From Eledone cirrhosa (taxonomy: Eukaryota), in NCBI GenBank assembly GCA_964016885.1, contig OZ024740.1:223510001-223574000 (forward strand): a stretch of DNA of 64,000 nt. Direction: 5' to 3'. The notes below the pieces were generated by a model. That model was not told the DNA's origin, did not search any database, and saw nothing but the letters and a program-made list of their open reading frames with translations. Shown here piece by piece: positions 1 through 13,101 of the stretch. The stretch's first letter is position 1, and each line of letters begins with the position of its first letter. Position numbers and translations under genes: made by a program.

Positions 1-1069
1 CAGATTTCTGTGCATATTGTCAATTACAATTTTATTTGATGTATCATATCCCCATGCATATATATCAATATGCACACTACACATACTAGTGTTTCTAATG
101 AAATGGACAGTCCATGATTTGCAAAATCTTTTAAATAATCAAAAATTCGAAGAGATTTAGTAATATAACTAAGTCAGACTGGTGTTTAAAAAAGATATCT
201 TAAATTTTCTTCCATAAAATTATGATGGAAGGTTTTTATATGAATATAAACATGTTAATACAGTAACCTAGAACCAGGTGCATATCAGTATTGAAAGTAT
301 TACATATGGCCATTGTATCTTATACCTGGATCTTAAACAGCTAAAGCTATCAATCTTAAAAAATGACACCAATTGAAAATACAACTAAAAAAATGCTGTT
401 CCTGTAATTAAAAATGATATACAGATGAGTTCACTCGCTACTATATTCTAATTCAGAATTAGAATCCATTTCCATTAATGCAAGTGGTTCCACAGGGCTC
501 ATCATAGTTGTGTCTAGAGATCAGCCCACTGTTCAGTTCAGTTATTTCATGTTTTTTCAGTTTTCATTTGTCTAACCATCTACATGTCTCTCAATTGTGA
601 GCATGTCAGATATGAAGCCACAAAGTAATAAAAAGTTTAGTACAACATTCATGGAACATGTTAATAGAATTATATAATATAACTGGAATAGTGGATGCCA
701 CAAAATGTACTCCGCATACTCTGATGTGGTTGGCATTAGGAAGGGTATCCAGCTATAAAAACGCTGCAAATATAGAACATAAGCAAATCGTGGTTCTTCA
801 GCCTACCAGCCCGTCAGTGATGACCTATCCACCCCAGGCAATCATAGAAAACCAACATAAACTGAAGATGTTATGCAGGGCTTCCATATAAGGTGTTGAT
901 CAACCCAAGGTGATGATAGATAACACTTGACTAAGGTACCATACAGTGGAATGAAATGAAAACTATACACTGAAGCAAAACCTAAACAGACCTGCCTACT
1001 TCCATAGATTTTTAATTTCGTTAGACAGCTGAGCTTTCATAAATTGTTACACAGAAAACATAGTAGTTA

Positions 1070-2084
1070 TCTGTATATATATATATATAAAATTGAGAGA
1101 GAGAGAGTGCGCGCGCGCGTGTGTGTGCGTATAGGGGCCTTCATCTTACGACCGATTTTCATGAAACTTTACAGGCTCATAGATTAGTCATCTTGGAGTG
1201 TTTTCCATATATCAGCGTATCGTTTTTTTTTTTATTCCGGGGTCATTCTGCAGATAAAAATCGATAGAGGGGTCACCTTTTTAAGGTATCGAAAAATAAG
1301 ATTTTTGGCTCTAGCTCCCACATTTTGCCATCGATTTCGTTCAAACTTTAAAGCAAAATAGAATTTATCATTGCACATCCTGTAATGACTTTATATTTTG
1401 CATTTGTTGTTCAGCGCCGGCGTGGCAGCCGCTTACATATTCAAAAATACTACTTTTAGATTCAGATTTCCACTTTTTCGGCTCTAGCTCCCACATTAAT
1501 CAACCTACTTTGTTCACATTTTACACTACGCTAGATCTGATTATTTCACGTCTTAAAGTGGCTTTACATTTTGGATTTTTTGTTCAGGAAAGGCGTGGCA
1601 GCCGCTCAAATATTCGAAAATACCACCTTTTCGCTCAAATTTCCGCCTTTAGCTCCCACATTTTTCAACCGATTTAGTTCATATTCGAAACTTCGGCTCC
1701 ACCTCACACATAAATCAATTTATTTGGTTCAACTTTTATACTACAATAGAACCTATCATTGCACATCTTATAAATGGTCAAAAGCAAAACGATGGCCACT
1801 GACGTCGTCTGAGCTTTTAGTTGTGTATTTGAGAATTCATCGGTTTCCAATCAAGTAGCGTGAGGAAATTTGGCTTAGTGCTAGAGGTCATTACCTCCCT
1901 CCCCCAGCATGCCCCTTCGTCAGTCATACGCGTTTCTCAGTGATAGAGGTCATCACCACCCTCCCCTGCATGGCCTGCGTGTGGTCATAGATGAGTCATC
2001 GAGAAGCAGTCGCTAAGATCAACACCTTTTCATTAAAGCAGATATTAGTTTACCTACCCAGGCAACGCTGGGTACTGCTGCTAG
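1070..2084 (+). mobile_element. Non-autonomous Helitron with internal tandem subrepeats
   Basis: Begins TC(TGTATATAT..AAAATTG) after an A at 1069 and ends CTAG before a T at 2085. Subterminal hairpin TACCCAG-GCAACG-CTGGGTA at 2055-2074. Internal ~170-bp units recur (TAGCTCCCACATT near 1311, 1485, 1650). No coding capacity. Confidence 0.8.
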
Positions 2085-3017
2085 TACAAGCATAAAACTA
2101 TTGTTTAGCAATTGAATTGTCTTCGTTTGCTAAGTAAACTGTTTGGCAGAAAACTGACATCAGTCTCAAATTTAGAAATAATAAGAAAACTAGTTCATCT
2201 CATGCAAAACTAATAACCTTTTATCTCCTAACTTTAAGTACAGACCAACATTATCAAATATTAAAAAAAATAAATGCTTATTACATACACGCTCATAAAT
2301 ACATATATGCACCTCTTCCAAAAGTTTATTGATTTCTACTTTGACACAAAGCCACAATATTTAAGGAAGGTGTGTAGAAGATTGTATCAACACGAGTACA
2401 TGTTATATAATTTATTGACCAGTCTAGTGCTAGTAGTAACGGATAAATACATGACCAACACTGGTAGAATTCTAAATCAGAATATAATGGGATGTAATTA
2501 AAATATTAAAAGACATTTAATTTGGCCCTTTGCCACACTTACTGTTTTTATACCATGAAATGTTACAATAACACTAAACGTAAGTACTTGTCATGAACTA
2601 TGAATATATATTATAAATTAATTTGAATATGCAAGAGATTTCAGTGTACACTTTCATACTAAGAATAACTCAGAAAAACGAAAGCCAATATATGGAGTTG
2701 GCCTTAAAGCCATGAGTTTCATTCCTGGAATAGGTGACACTATGTTCTTGAGCAAGACACTACATTTCACATTACTACAGTTTATTCAGCTGAATAAAAA
2801 AATGTTTTAGCAGCAGCTGGGGGTTAACCTACGAGATTTACTGAGTTCAGTACAAGGAAAAGTCTTTTTATAGTAAAATTTCATAAAAAATACACGAGAA
2901 AACATACTATATATGTATGATTTTGAATATTTCTGCATGTCATAAGAGGCAATTAAATGGCCTATACAAAGAAATAGGACATCAGAGGAGTATGATCAAG
3001 ACTTCTATGGAGAGGTT

Positions 3018-3075
3018 CTGTAATCAATTGTGGGATGTTCATTAATTTTAATGAACATCCCACAATTGATTACAG
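3018..3075. repeat. Perfect 28-bp-arm inverted repeat
   Basis: CTGTAATCAATTGTGGGATGTTCATTAA-TT-TTAATGAACATCCCACAATTGATTACAG. Confidence 0.9.
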
Positions 3076-5755
3076 GGAGCCTCAAATTTTTAGTTGTATA
3101 TTAACTCACCTGGTCACTCCTCTTCCATTCAGTAGGCAGTATTTTAATTGCCTAAAATTTAAATTATTTATAAATAATTCAGATGGCTAAAGATCGAGTC
3201 TTTGGATTTTGGATTATTAACAAAAGTCTTCATAGACCAAATATTTATTGCTTTATTTTTTCAGGAATGTTGTGAGCTAGAGGTGTTAACCATCACGAAT
3301 AGAGTTTTTTCTTTTATTAAAGGAAGACAAAATGCAAGGTTTTACATGTAAACTGTTTCTTTATAAATCAATAGTTTTCATGTTACTAGACAAAGAGAGG
3401 CAAATAACTCATAAAAATCTCAGTTTCAATAGCATTAATGTTTGTTTTTCCAATGTCACATTAGAAATAGTTTTCCTATTGACTTGACAGAACATCTATA
3501 ACAAAACCTTGAGGAACTTTTTGTAATTATATTTTGCTGCTTTCATGCAACTAGGTCCTCTTTGTGAAGTTATTTCTAACAAGGTAAAGCTCCAATCAAG
3601 AGTGAAAGAAGATCAAATTACAACCAATTCTTTTTCTTTCATTATCTGAAATTACAACTTGTAAACACATTTCAGGTATTCTTGCATTCTTAACCAAAGT
3701 TGTTTGTAATTTGATTAGTTACATTCTTACTACATAAATTTAACTTGATGAAAAATCTGTTCCTAAATGCAATTATCATATGACAATTCTGATTACAATC
3801 ATGCTACTGATGTTGATTATGATGGAATTGAATGTAACACAGTGATTAGATTGTTGATATAATCGAGTTCTTACATCTGTTTATATAGATGTTCAATCTT
3901 TAATGCAGGTATGTGCTAAGATGTCATATCACCTAATATCATCTAAGAATGTGTGTGGAATTCTCTACATCTTAAACATTGCAGTCACATTAACCTCAAA
4001 TCAAAATGCCATTTTGAAGAAAGATGTTAGACATTACAGTTTTACCCCCACCCTAGAAATATTGCCTCATCTCCAATTACTGTGGGTTCGGATTGGTGTA
4101 CATTTCTAAACAATTAGCACATTGCATATGTAATCATAGTCTACGATAACATACCACACACATAAGACCCCGCATTCTAGCTACCTGTGGTATTTTTGAT
4201 ACATTGCACATATGAACTAGACAATTTATAGAATATTCTTTAGAGAAAATTAAGTCTATCTTTGTTTTAGGTATACATAGAAATTCTTTGGTTCAAATAT
4301 GGTTATATTTCTTTAGGGACTTGAAACAAATTATAATTTTCCACTGTGGCATATGTCGACAGGCAGACAGCCATCATGTTTAATTTTTAAAATTAAATTC
4401 TATTCAACATATTTATAAAAGCTTATTGTTTTTTTTGCTTTACATAGACAATATAAGTTTACAATTAAATCACTTACAATCATTTTCTTCAATCATTATC
4501 AAACAATGGTAAACGGTTTTACTAATAATTCTGAATTTACATAGAAAATTCCTACGGCTACTTGGATTAGAGATAAAGTGGTTTCCATTCAAGTTGCGAA
4601 ATTTGCTTTTCTTTTATATATAGATCATTCGGAATGTATATATACAGTTCAATCAGGTAACCTCCATTCAATTCATTTAAATTGTGATTGCTGTATACTT
4701 ACAATAAAACAAATCCAGCATAAATATAATATTTGTAACTTCAAAGGTTTTCATAAACTTAGATAAGAATCATGGTTTTGCATACATCTAACGCAATAAA
4801 GCTTTCTAAAGTTAAATCCTTCAAAGCAGAGCACCCCAAAGCGAATATTATCCATGCAAAAATGTATAGATCTCCCTGCAAAATGGTATAAATTTAAATT
4901 AATGCAAATTGTTCGTTATATACTGAGGTTAACTGTTTGAAATTGCTTAAATGAAAACATTTTCAATACACATAATTTTTAAGAATGAAGTATAAAATCT
5001 GTTAAACAAAACCATAGTAAAGTAACTTTCCCTGCAAGTATGTCGTCGTCATTTAATCCGTTTCTATATATTGAATTAAGAATATTTTTCAGTCACGTTT
5101 TATCACGTATTTGAATAGATCTTGTCAATAATTTCCTATTAATCTATTTATATACGGATTTACGAAATATTACATGGAGACCTTTCCAGTTATATCATCT
5201 GAACAGAATAGCATATCACAATGTATTTGTTTTAGATTTAATTCTATTCTGTCTTCCTTCGTGTGATTAAAGTCGTATTTCAACATTTATATTTGTTTTA
5301 GGCAAAGATAAAAAAAAAATAAATAGTGGATGTCAAAGAAATGAAATGCAATACATAAATTACGTCTCTGCTTTTACGATATTTCCTTTTTTTACTATTA
5401 ATTCATTCAGAATTTACATACCAATCAGTTAGTGTTCATTATTTTATTCAATTTATTATGTATGGCGACTGCAATCTACTTAAAAAGAAGCAACGCACAA
5501 AGATTAAATACTTTAAAAACAAGTAGATATGTTGGGAAGATTACTTGAGCACTCTAATTATTTATTTTGGTTTTATACATTGTACGAAAGAGTACATGGA
5601 AGATATGAAAAGATTCAACAACAAATGTCTAGTTGTTTTACAGCCTCTTGTTTCCTCTTTTCTTTTTCGTTTTCTTAGGCATATTCTGCCTCCCATCTGC
5701 CTTCAATATTTGAAATTCTATTTTTTCCTATTTTTTTCATTTTTTTTAAATTTAA

Positions 5756-5950
5756 TGGCAGTATCAGTAGAGGGTCGGACGCCTTGCTTTGACGCATAGA
5801 GTTACGGCCCTTGCCATTCTGAGTTCAAATACCGCCGAGGTTAACTTTGCCTTTCATCCTTACGGGGTCGATAAAATAAAGTACCAGTAATGTACTGGAT
5901 CCTGTAATGTACTAAGTGCGGGCCTTGTGCCAATAGTAGAAACAATTATT
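5756..5950 (+). mobile_element. tRNA-derived SINE (octopus OK-like family)
   Basis: A-box-like TGGCAGTATC, B-box-like GAGTTCAAATACC, body ACTTTGCCTTTCATCCTTACGGGGTCGATAAAATAAAGTACCAG, tail GAAACAATTATT. Matches copies at 16816, 17526 and 53538. Confidence 0.8.
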
Positions 5951-6718
5951 TGTCTTACTAGCCCTTTTTGATTACTAATTGTAAGGAGCACTCGATACTA
6001 AGCGTTTAAATTGAATAAATAAATAAATAATATAATATATATATTGGTAGATGAGCAGTTCAAACACTCACGTACACACCAAACACATAAACAATTGAAT
6101 CCAAATCCAAAAGGTACTACAGAACATGAAGACGAATTTCCCCAGACTTTATAAAGAACATGGAAACAAAAGTATAAATGAATCTAAAAGTGATTATGTA
6201 ACACATTTGCTTAATCCATCATAATTAGTTGGATCAGAAATTCATTTAGCTAAGGTGTTCTTTAATATCTCCCCTAAATATCTCCCCTCCCTGCAAAAAA
6301 GGGATTTTTAATAGACAGATAAAATAATTTAAGCTACACCACAGAACCTTGACTGGGACATACAAAATACACAGATTAAACGGAAGATCAAATATAACGG
6401 AGACCACGCAAAATAGCTTAAATGAAACCGGCCACTAACGTAACCAGATAAATATTCAAGGTACAACTAATGTCTTCTCTAATACTACAACCAACCTAAT
6501 ACCGTAACAGAATAAACAAACACAGAAAACAAGACTACCGTCATTACGGATGTGAATTCGAATAGGACCAATTAACCTCGTGTAACTGCCCTCTCCAGAT
6601 CAATTTTATAGTTAAGACAAGTGTAATTTCCAGTAGAGATAAATTATATATGTATATAGATGGGACTTCAATTCCTTTCAGAACAAATAGTATAACCATC
6701 AACCCTTTCACAAATATT

Positions 6719-6873
6719 TGTTTATACTTTAGGCACAAGGCCAGCAAATATCCAGTTTATTACTGGTACTTAATTTTTATCGACCCCGTAAGGATGAAAG
6801 GCAAAGTCAACCTCGGCGGGATTTGAACTCAGATCGTAAAGGGACGTAACTATGCTGGAAAGCATGGCGTCCG
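6719..6873 (-). mobile_element. 5'-truncated SINE with 18-bp target-site duplication
   Basis: Reverse complement of the SINE body, flanked by the direct repeat AACCCTTTCACAAATATT (6701-6718 and 6874-6891). Confidence 0.8.
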
Positions 6874-8404
6874 AACCCTTTCACAAATATTGATAGTTGA
6901 CAAAGGACGTCTGTACCCGAATGAAGCTGGCGATTGATAAAATATGAACAAAACAACCTACTTACGCATTAATACACGAGTTTGCCTACATACACTGCTT
7001 AGATGAAATGTAATAGATTTATAATTTTATATGGTTTATATAATGCTTAGGTAAAATGCAGAGATAAGACAATTGATAAAAGAAAAACTGTTATGAAGTA
7101 TTGTGCTACGAAGACATTTCAGTTTTAAAAGGATATTTTGTAGATCAAACATTAAAACTGTAAAGTAAAACATGCAAAATACTCTTAACATGATGTATTT
7201 CATCGATTTTTGATTTGATTCTGTGTTGCATTAAGGATATCTTTAGTCAAGGTTTCTTAAATATTTTAGAATAAATTTTGTCGAGGATACCTAATTATCA
7301 ATTCATTTATATATTAATGTTAGATTAGATATAGACATTTCCAGTTACAAGGTACAAATAAAATAATTTGGAGTCCTTCATCGCATGATAGAATCGTATT
7401 TGATTTCCTCACATGCGACTAAAATTATGTTTTACGTTTCAAACGACAGAATATTAAGGAAAAATGTAAAGTAACAACATGGCAGAATATTTTGAGCGGA
7501 GAAGCGGTTAATACGATATGGCAAATATACGAGTTCAGTCTCAATTGATACACTCTGGTTAAAAAAAAATGATCTACGTCGATATTTACAATGATTAGGC
7601 ATACGTAATTATTGTGGAAAGACAATTTGTTGCGGCAATAATTGCACCAGAGACGTATTTAATAGCCCAGACGAATTTCGTTTAAGCTAAGTACTAATAA
7701 GATAATATTTATTACATCTAAAATGCCGAAACATTTCAGGAAATTTAATTGTTCTTTCGGAATTATGCTTGGTTAGCAAGTTGCTTGATCTGAGAACGTG
7801 TTTTGAAACGGAAGCAATTATATCACTTGTATGACCTGGTCCCAGACAGAATTTCGTTTTAACTGTTAGAAACAAATTCGCGAGCTTATATAAGCCACGA
7901 GTTTACTTCAGATTGTCGACATTTTGGATGTGTGAGCCTGGTGCATTGTTTCGATTGACCTTCTGCCACGGATCACCATTAGTCATTTCTAGGCAACACA
8001 CACACACACACTTTGAACGATACCATATTAAGTCGTAAAATAATGTTAAAACATCATAGGCATTTTTAAGATATCATAATTGTATTTTTTCACAAAATGA
8101 TACATTACAAACATTTAAAAAGAAATTTTCATTTTGGTAGCATTTTAAAAGGATAGTTTTTTTTACAATTAAATGTTACCACACTTATCTGCATGACTTT
8201 GATGAACTACACACGCTCAAAATTTAAAAAATAAACTTTAAATGTTTCCAAGTTAAGAGTTATTTAATTTTTCTCTTTGATTTATGAGAAATTATTACTG
8301 TAGAACTTACCTTTTGGGAACACCAGTTTCGCACGGCTTGTTTAATTTTGGCAAGGTTTTCGCTTTTCACCGAAATAAATCCACATTTTACTCCTTTACA
8401 TCAA

Positions 8405-9960
8405 CAGACACGAGGGGACGAAAGCCGTTCAATGGGCCCAAGTGGCGGAGGCGCGTCGTGGCAACAAAGCGACGATCCGGTCTTTGGTGAACTACGTTGG
8501 GCGCTTGCTACTCGATCCCAGGCAAATGTATGAAACTTTTCAGCGATACTTCGTCCAGCTATTCGGGGCAGCGACGGGCCGGATCGCGGGATGGACTTTA
8601 GTGTCTACCTCAACGGACTGCCGCGGCTCTCGGTCACTGAGGCGGAGTGGTGTGAAAAGCCGATAACAGCCGCTGAAGTACGGGAGGCAATGACTGGCTA
8701 ACAAGGGGTAAATCGCCTGGTCTGGATGGTCTGGCCTACGAACTTTACGTACACATGTCAGACTTGTTTGGAGGCCTCTTGGGCGGACGTCTACTGCAAC
8801 TGGCAACAGAACGGGTAAATTCCCAGCTCTGTGAGACGAGGAGCGATGGCACTGCTGAGAAAGGATCCGAACAAACGCATAAGATAGATAATTTCAGGCC
8901 CATAACTCTGCTAAACACAGAGTTCAAGATTTTGGCCAAGGTGTTAGCAAAGAGGTTGGCGCTTGTTGTTGGTGGTCTGGTGGGAGAGGCGCAGACATGC
9001 GCATTCCCAGACAGATCCATCCACGACAACCTCCACCTCATGCGATACATCGGGAACATGGCACGGGTGGGTTCTTGATCAATTTAGATCAGTCGAAAGC
9101 TTTCGATATTGTCTATCATCCTTACTTGGCGGCAGTCGCCAGGGCGGCTGGCTTTGGGCCCGTCTTCAGAGGCTGGATCGCTGCCATGCACAGCGACATC
9201 TGCTCTGTGGTGAGAGTTAACGGTCACCTTTCGGAACCGTTCAACATCATGCGCTCGGTTCGCCAAGGATGTCCCCTCTCGTCCCTCTTGTACGTATTGA
9301 CTCTCGAGCCATTACTGCACATACTGGAGACGTTGAGGGGGGTCCCGCGCGAACTGAGATGCGGAAGATCCGTGTCAGCATATGCGGACGATGTGACCGT
9401 AGTGGTGTCGAACGCCAAACACACCGAGGCGATCGGCACTACGCTAAGAGAATACGAGGCGGTGACAGGAGCAATGATCAACCAGGAAAAGTCGGTGGGC
9501 CTGCAACTCGGCACCTGAAGTGGCAGGTCAATGCCGTCCAACAGCGTCGTCGGGTGCTGGACGGACGGACCGGTTAAATTGCTAGGGTTCTGTTTCGGTC
9601 CAGACCTCCAGACGGACAAAATCTGGGATGAGGTGACGAGCAGTGTGGCCTCTCTCACCCAGAATTGGGCAAAGAGGTGTATGTGCCTGTAAATTGAAGG
9701 TGGTAAACTGGGAGAGGGCACTTGCCCTGGTGGTCAGGGTCACCGTGGATTTTTTAATGGGCTTTCTCCACGAATGTCCTTCGGAAGTCTTCCCCCTATT
9801 GGTGAATTTTTCATTGTTTCTTTTTTTTGTTACATCCTCTGTTTTTTTTTTACACGCAGAATGCCCATTTGTACCGTCCAGTATTGTCCTGTATTGCCCT
9901 GTATTGTCCTTAATGTTTTACTTTGTGTAAACCCTTGTGGTTAATAAAGAAAGAAAGCAT
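8405..9960 (+). pseudogene. 5'-truncated, internally deleted copy of the Tx1-like LINE (RT region fused to 3' UTR)
   Basis: 8405-~9680 matches ORF2 14160-~15445 (NFRPITLLNTEFKILAK, SVRQGCPLS, AYADD) with frameshifts and stops. It then jumps to the 3' UTR (~16510-16765 equivalent) with AATAAA but no ATT tail. Confidence 0.9.
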
Positions 9961-10754
9961 AAAGAACTTTCGGGCCGGAGCCTATGGACAACTTCCAGAA
10001 ATCCCTGGCCTGGTAGTGCTACCGAGGAGCTTTTCCAGTTCGGGATAAACTCTACAGGCATGGAGGTGTCGTCAGCCGGGCATGTCCGAGATGCGCGCAT
10101 GGCAACGAAACCGTCCTGCATGCACTCGTTCAGTGTACGAACATTGCTGACTTGTGGGTTTATGTCGAACACCTGCTGTCGCGTATAGAACGGATCCGGC
10201 TATCAGCTGAGTCCATCGTGAGGATTGCCCTGCCCTCTTCCTTTATCCGGGACGGGCAGGCAGGTTTTATCTGTATGGTGGATGCGTTTGAAAGGGCTGA
10301 AGACGAGCACTTACCTCTTCGGTGATGCCCTGATTAACTTTTTCCAATTTCATTTGAAAAGGAAAATCAGGGTAGAGAGGGAAGTGCTCTCTTCCCAGCA
10401 TTTTGTTGAAAGATGGGTGAGAGAGGCAAGAATGGCCCGAGTCAGTGGATCTACTCTGAGTATATGCCTGTAAATTGAAGGTGAAAATCTGGGAGAGGAC
10501 AATTGCCCTGCTGGTCAGGGTCACCATGGCATTTTTTTAATGGGCTTTCTCCACGATGGCCCTCGGAAGTCTCCCCCCCCCCCTATTGGGGAATTTTTCA
10601 GTGTTCTAATATTACATCCTCTGTTTTTTGGTTTTTTACACACAGAAATGCCTTTTTATACCGTCCTGTATTGTCCTGTACTGTCCTTAATGTCTACTTT
10701 GTGTATACCCTTGTGGTTAATAAAGAAAGCATTATTATTATTATTATTATTATT
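9961..10754 (+). pseudogene. Second 3' fragment of the Tx1-like LINE with (ATT)8 tail
   Basis: Matches ~15985-16770 (ORF2 C-terminus LKGLKTSTYLFGDALI plus 3' UTR), then AATAAA and (ATT)8 at 10731-10754. Confidence 0.9.
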
Positions 10755-10969
10755 GAATGCCATGGTTGACGGAGGCTCGGCTCTGTAAGGTATAGTAATT
10801 TTTAACCGTTAAAACAATTGTAAATTGTTTAAAACTTGAACCAAATTGTTGATAAAGACACCCTCCTCCTCGTGAGAGGGGTCTTTCTGTCCGTTATTTG
10901 GCCCTTCGGGGTTAAATAACTAGTTATTGGGGTTTTGTACCCAAAATTTCATTTTAAACAAAAAACAAC

Positions 10970-13066
10970 ATGGCTACGAGAAAGAAATTTCATACGTCAC
11001 TCCCACTCATTCCGTCTTCTTCTTCCTCAATCATCACTACAGCAGAGAGAAGATTGTCTCTCTCCCTCCCTTCTTTAAATGTGTCTCTCTCCCTCCCTTC
11101 TCTTTCGCAAGTGACGAAAGAAAAGAGAAGTCTCGTGCAAAGCGTGCAAGGTTTCTCCACGACGACAGCGACGAAACAGGTGTGCGGGAAATACGAAAAC
11201 CCAGTTCATTCGTCTGACGTCAGGAATAATAGCAGTAGCAGCCGTAATAACAACAGCAACAGTGACAATGAAAACAACAGTAGCAGCCGCAACAGCATCA
11301 CCAGCAGCATAAACAACAACAGCATTAGCAGCAGCAACACCAACAACAACCACAGCAACAGCGGCGGAGGCAGTAGTCGTAGTACCTGCAGCAACAACAA
11401 AAGTACCAGCAGCTCTGACGACAACAACAACAGCAGAGAAAAACCAATCTCATTTGCAGGTATTGCGAAAAACTTGGAAACAATCCTCATAACAAATGAG
11501 GAATTAGAGGAAGCGAAGAAGATGGTGACAAAGAACGGACACCGAGCAATCTGCAAGGCAGCGGAAAAATTTTTCGAAACCCAAGAGCACTGTACGGTCA
11601 CGTACCGTACAGTAAGTACAAAATCCCGTAGGGTGGAAAGAGCCACAGAGGCCCAAATACAAAAAGCCTTGGGGTCTGTGTGGCAGCGGAAAACGCACAT
11701 CACCCGAGGCAAAAAATATGCCACCGTAGACGTACTTTTTGCCACACCCCAGGAGGCAAAGGCCCAATCAGTAGTGACCCTAAGGAGCGAGGAAATGGTG
11801 TTGGTGCCCTCCTACTGCGGGCAAAAAATTGTGAGGGTCACACTGACCCACGTCCCCCCCCCCCCCGGAATGACCCCTTCTTGGCTGGCCGCGTCTGTCC
11901 TCGTCGGAATCGAGGACAAAACAACTGTACTGCAAGTACAGAAAAAAGTAAGAGAAGATTGGGTCGGCTCCTCCATTGAGATGCTAATCCAAACCAACCA
12001 GGAGTGCATCGAAGCTATCCCGGATGTGATAGACTTCGATAACGGCACTCAACTGCCCATAAGTGTTGAGGGCAAACGCCCGAAATGCTTTCGCTGTGGA
12101 TCGAAGACTCACCTCAGGGCCTTCTGCAACGAGAAGACCCTGAGAAAGGAGAAAACCCCCCTCCTTCCGAATCCGGCTCCACGGCTACCAGCAACAGGAC
12201 AAGCGGCAACCAGGAACGATAGGTCCGTGGCACCCATACCCACTCCACGGAAATCAAAAACAGCAGCAGCAGTGGAAATATTAACAACAACAACAGCAAT
12301 ACCAAATGCAGCTGCAACAGAGACTCCAGTGCAAACATCACCAACAACAACAAGTGAAAGAGTGGAGCTGGTACCCCTCCCCGACCTCACAGAATCAGAC
12401 ATGGAGCGTGAGGTGGGAGAGGGATGGCAAAAGGTCGCAAGAAGGCACAAACGCAGAAGCAGCGCATCGTCGCCTTTGAAAAGGGAGGAAAGAAATGAGG
12501 AAAGGGTAAAGTCTACTGCAAAGAGACCCACAGCAGCAACACCACCAACACCATCACCACCCACACCAGCACCACCATAACCACCGGCGACAACCCCACC
12601 GCCAACAACACCTTCAACACCACCACCACAAGCACCAACATCGCAAACACAACAACAAAACACACACACCCAGCAACAACGACAAGAAAATAGCAGAACC
12701 ACACCCCACCCCCAGAAAAACAAATGCACGGCAATAAACACACACAACAAGAAACTAATGACTTACATAATTGAACACACAGACATTTCACAACAGGACT
12801 ACATAATATCAGCACCAATCAAAACGCCAACTAACATAAGACTGCTAAAAATAGCACAGAAACAATACACAAACATTAAAACGAAATTCCCCAACGCAGT
12901 TGGTGATTTCAGGGACCTAGGAGGAACCATCAATCGAAGAGTATATTCAGACATTCTCTTAGAAGAGCCGACAACCAGCCGAAGGGACGATTCAACGGTC
13001 CCTTCACCAGACGATCAAGTGAAAAGGGATGTAAAAACCATCCCTCCTCTACCAAAAGTACGGTAA
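10970..13066 (+). CDS. LINE ORF1 (gag-like nucleic-acid-binding protein) interrupted by one in-frame TAA at 12578-12580
   Basis: Zinc knuckle CFRCGSKTHLRAFC; Asn/Ser-rich and Pro/Thr-rich low-complexity tracts. The frame stays open after the TAA (PPATTPPPTT...KKLMTY) and runs into ORF 12758-13066, which is in the same frame. Confidence 0.8.
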
Positions 13067-13101
13067 GTGGTCTTTCCCATCTTTTCCACTCTATTTTAAA
13101 C

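Noticed and set aside
6060-6540. Possible Penelope GIY-YIG relic (RLYKEH...SDYVTHLL); similar weak signal at 45850-46200
   Set aside because: Only a few residues match and the frames are broken; too weak to call without a search.
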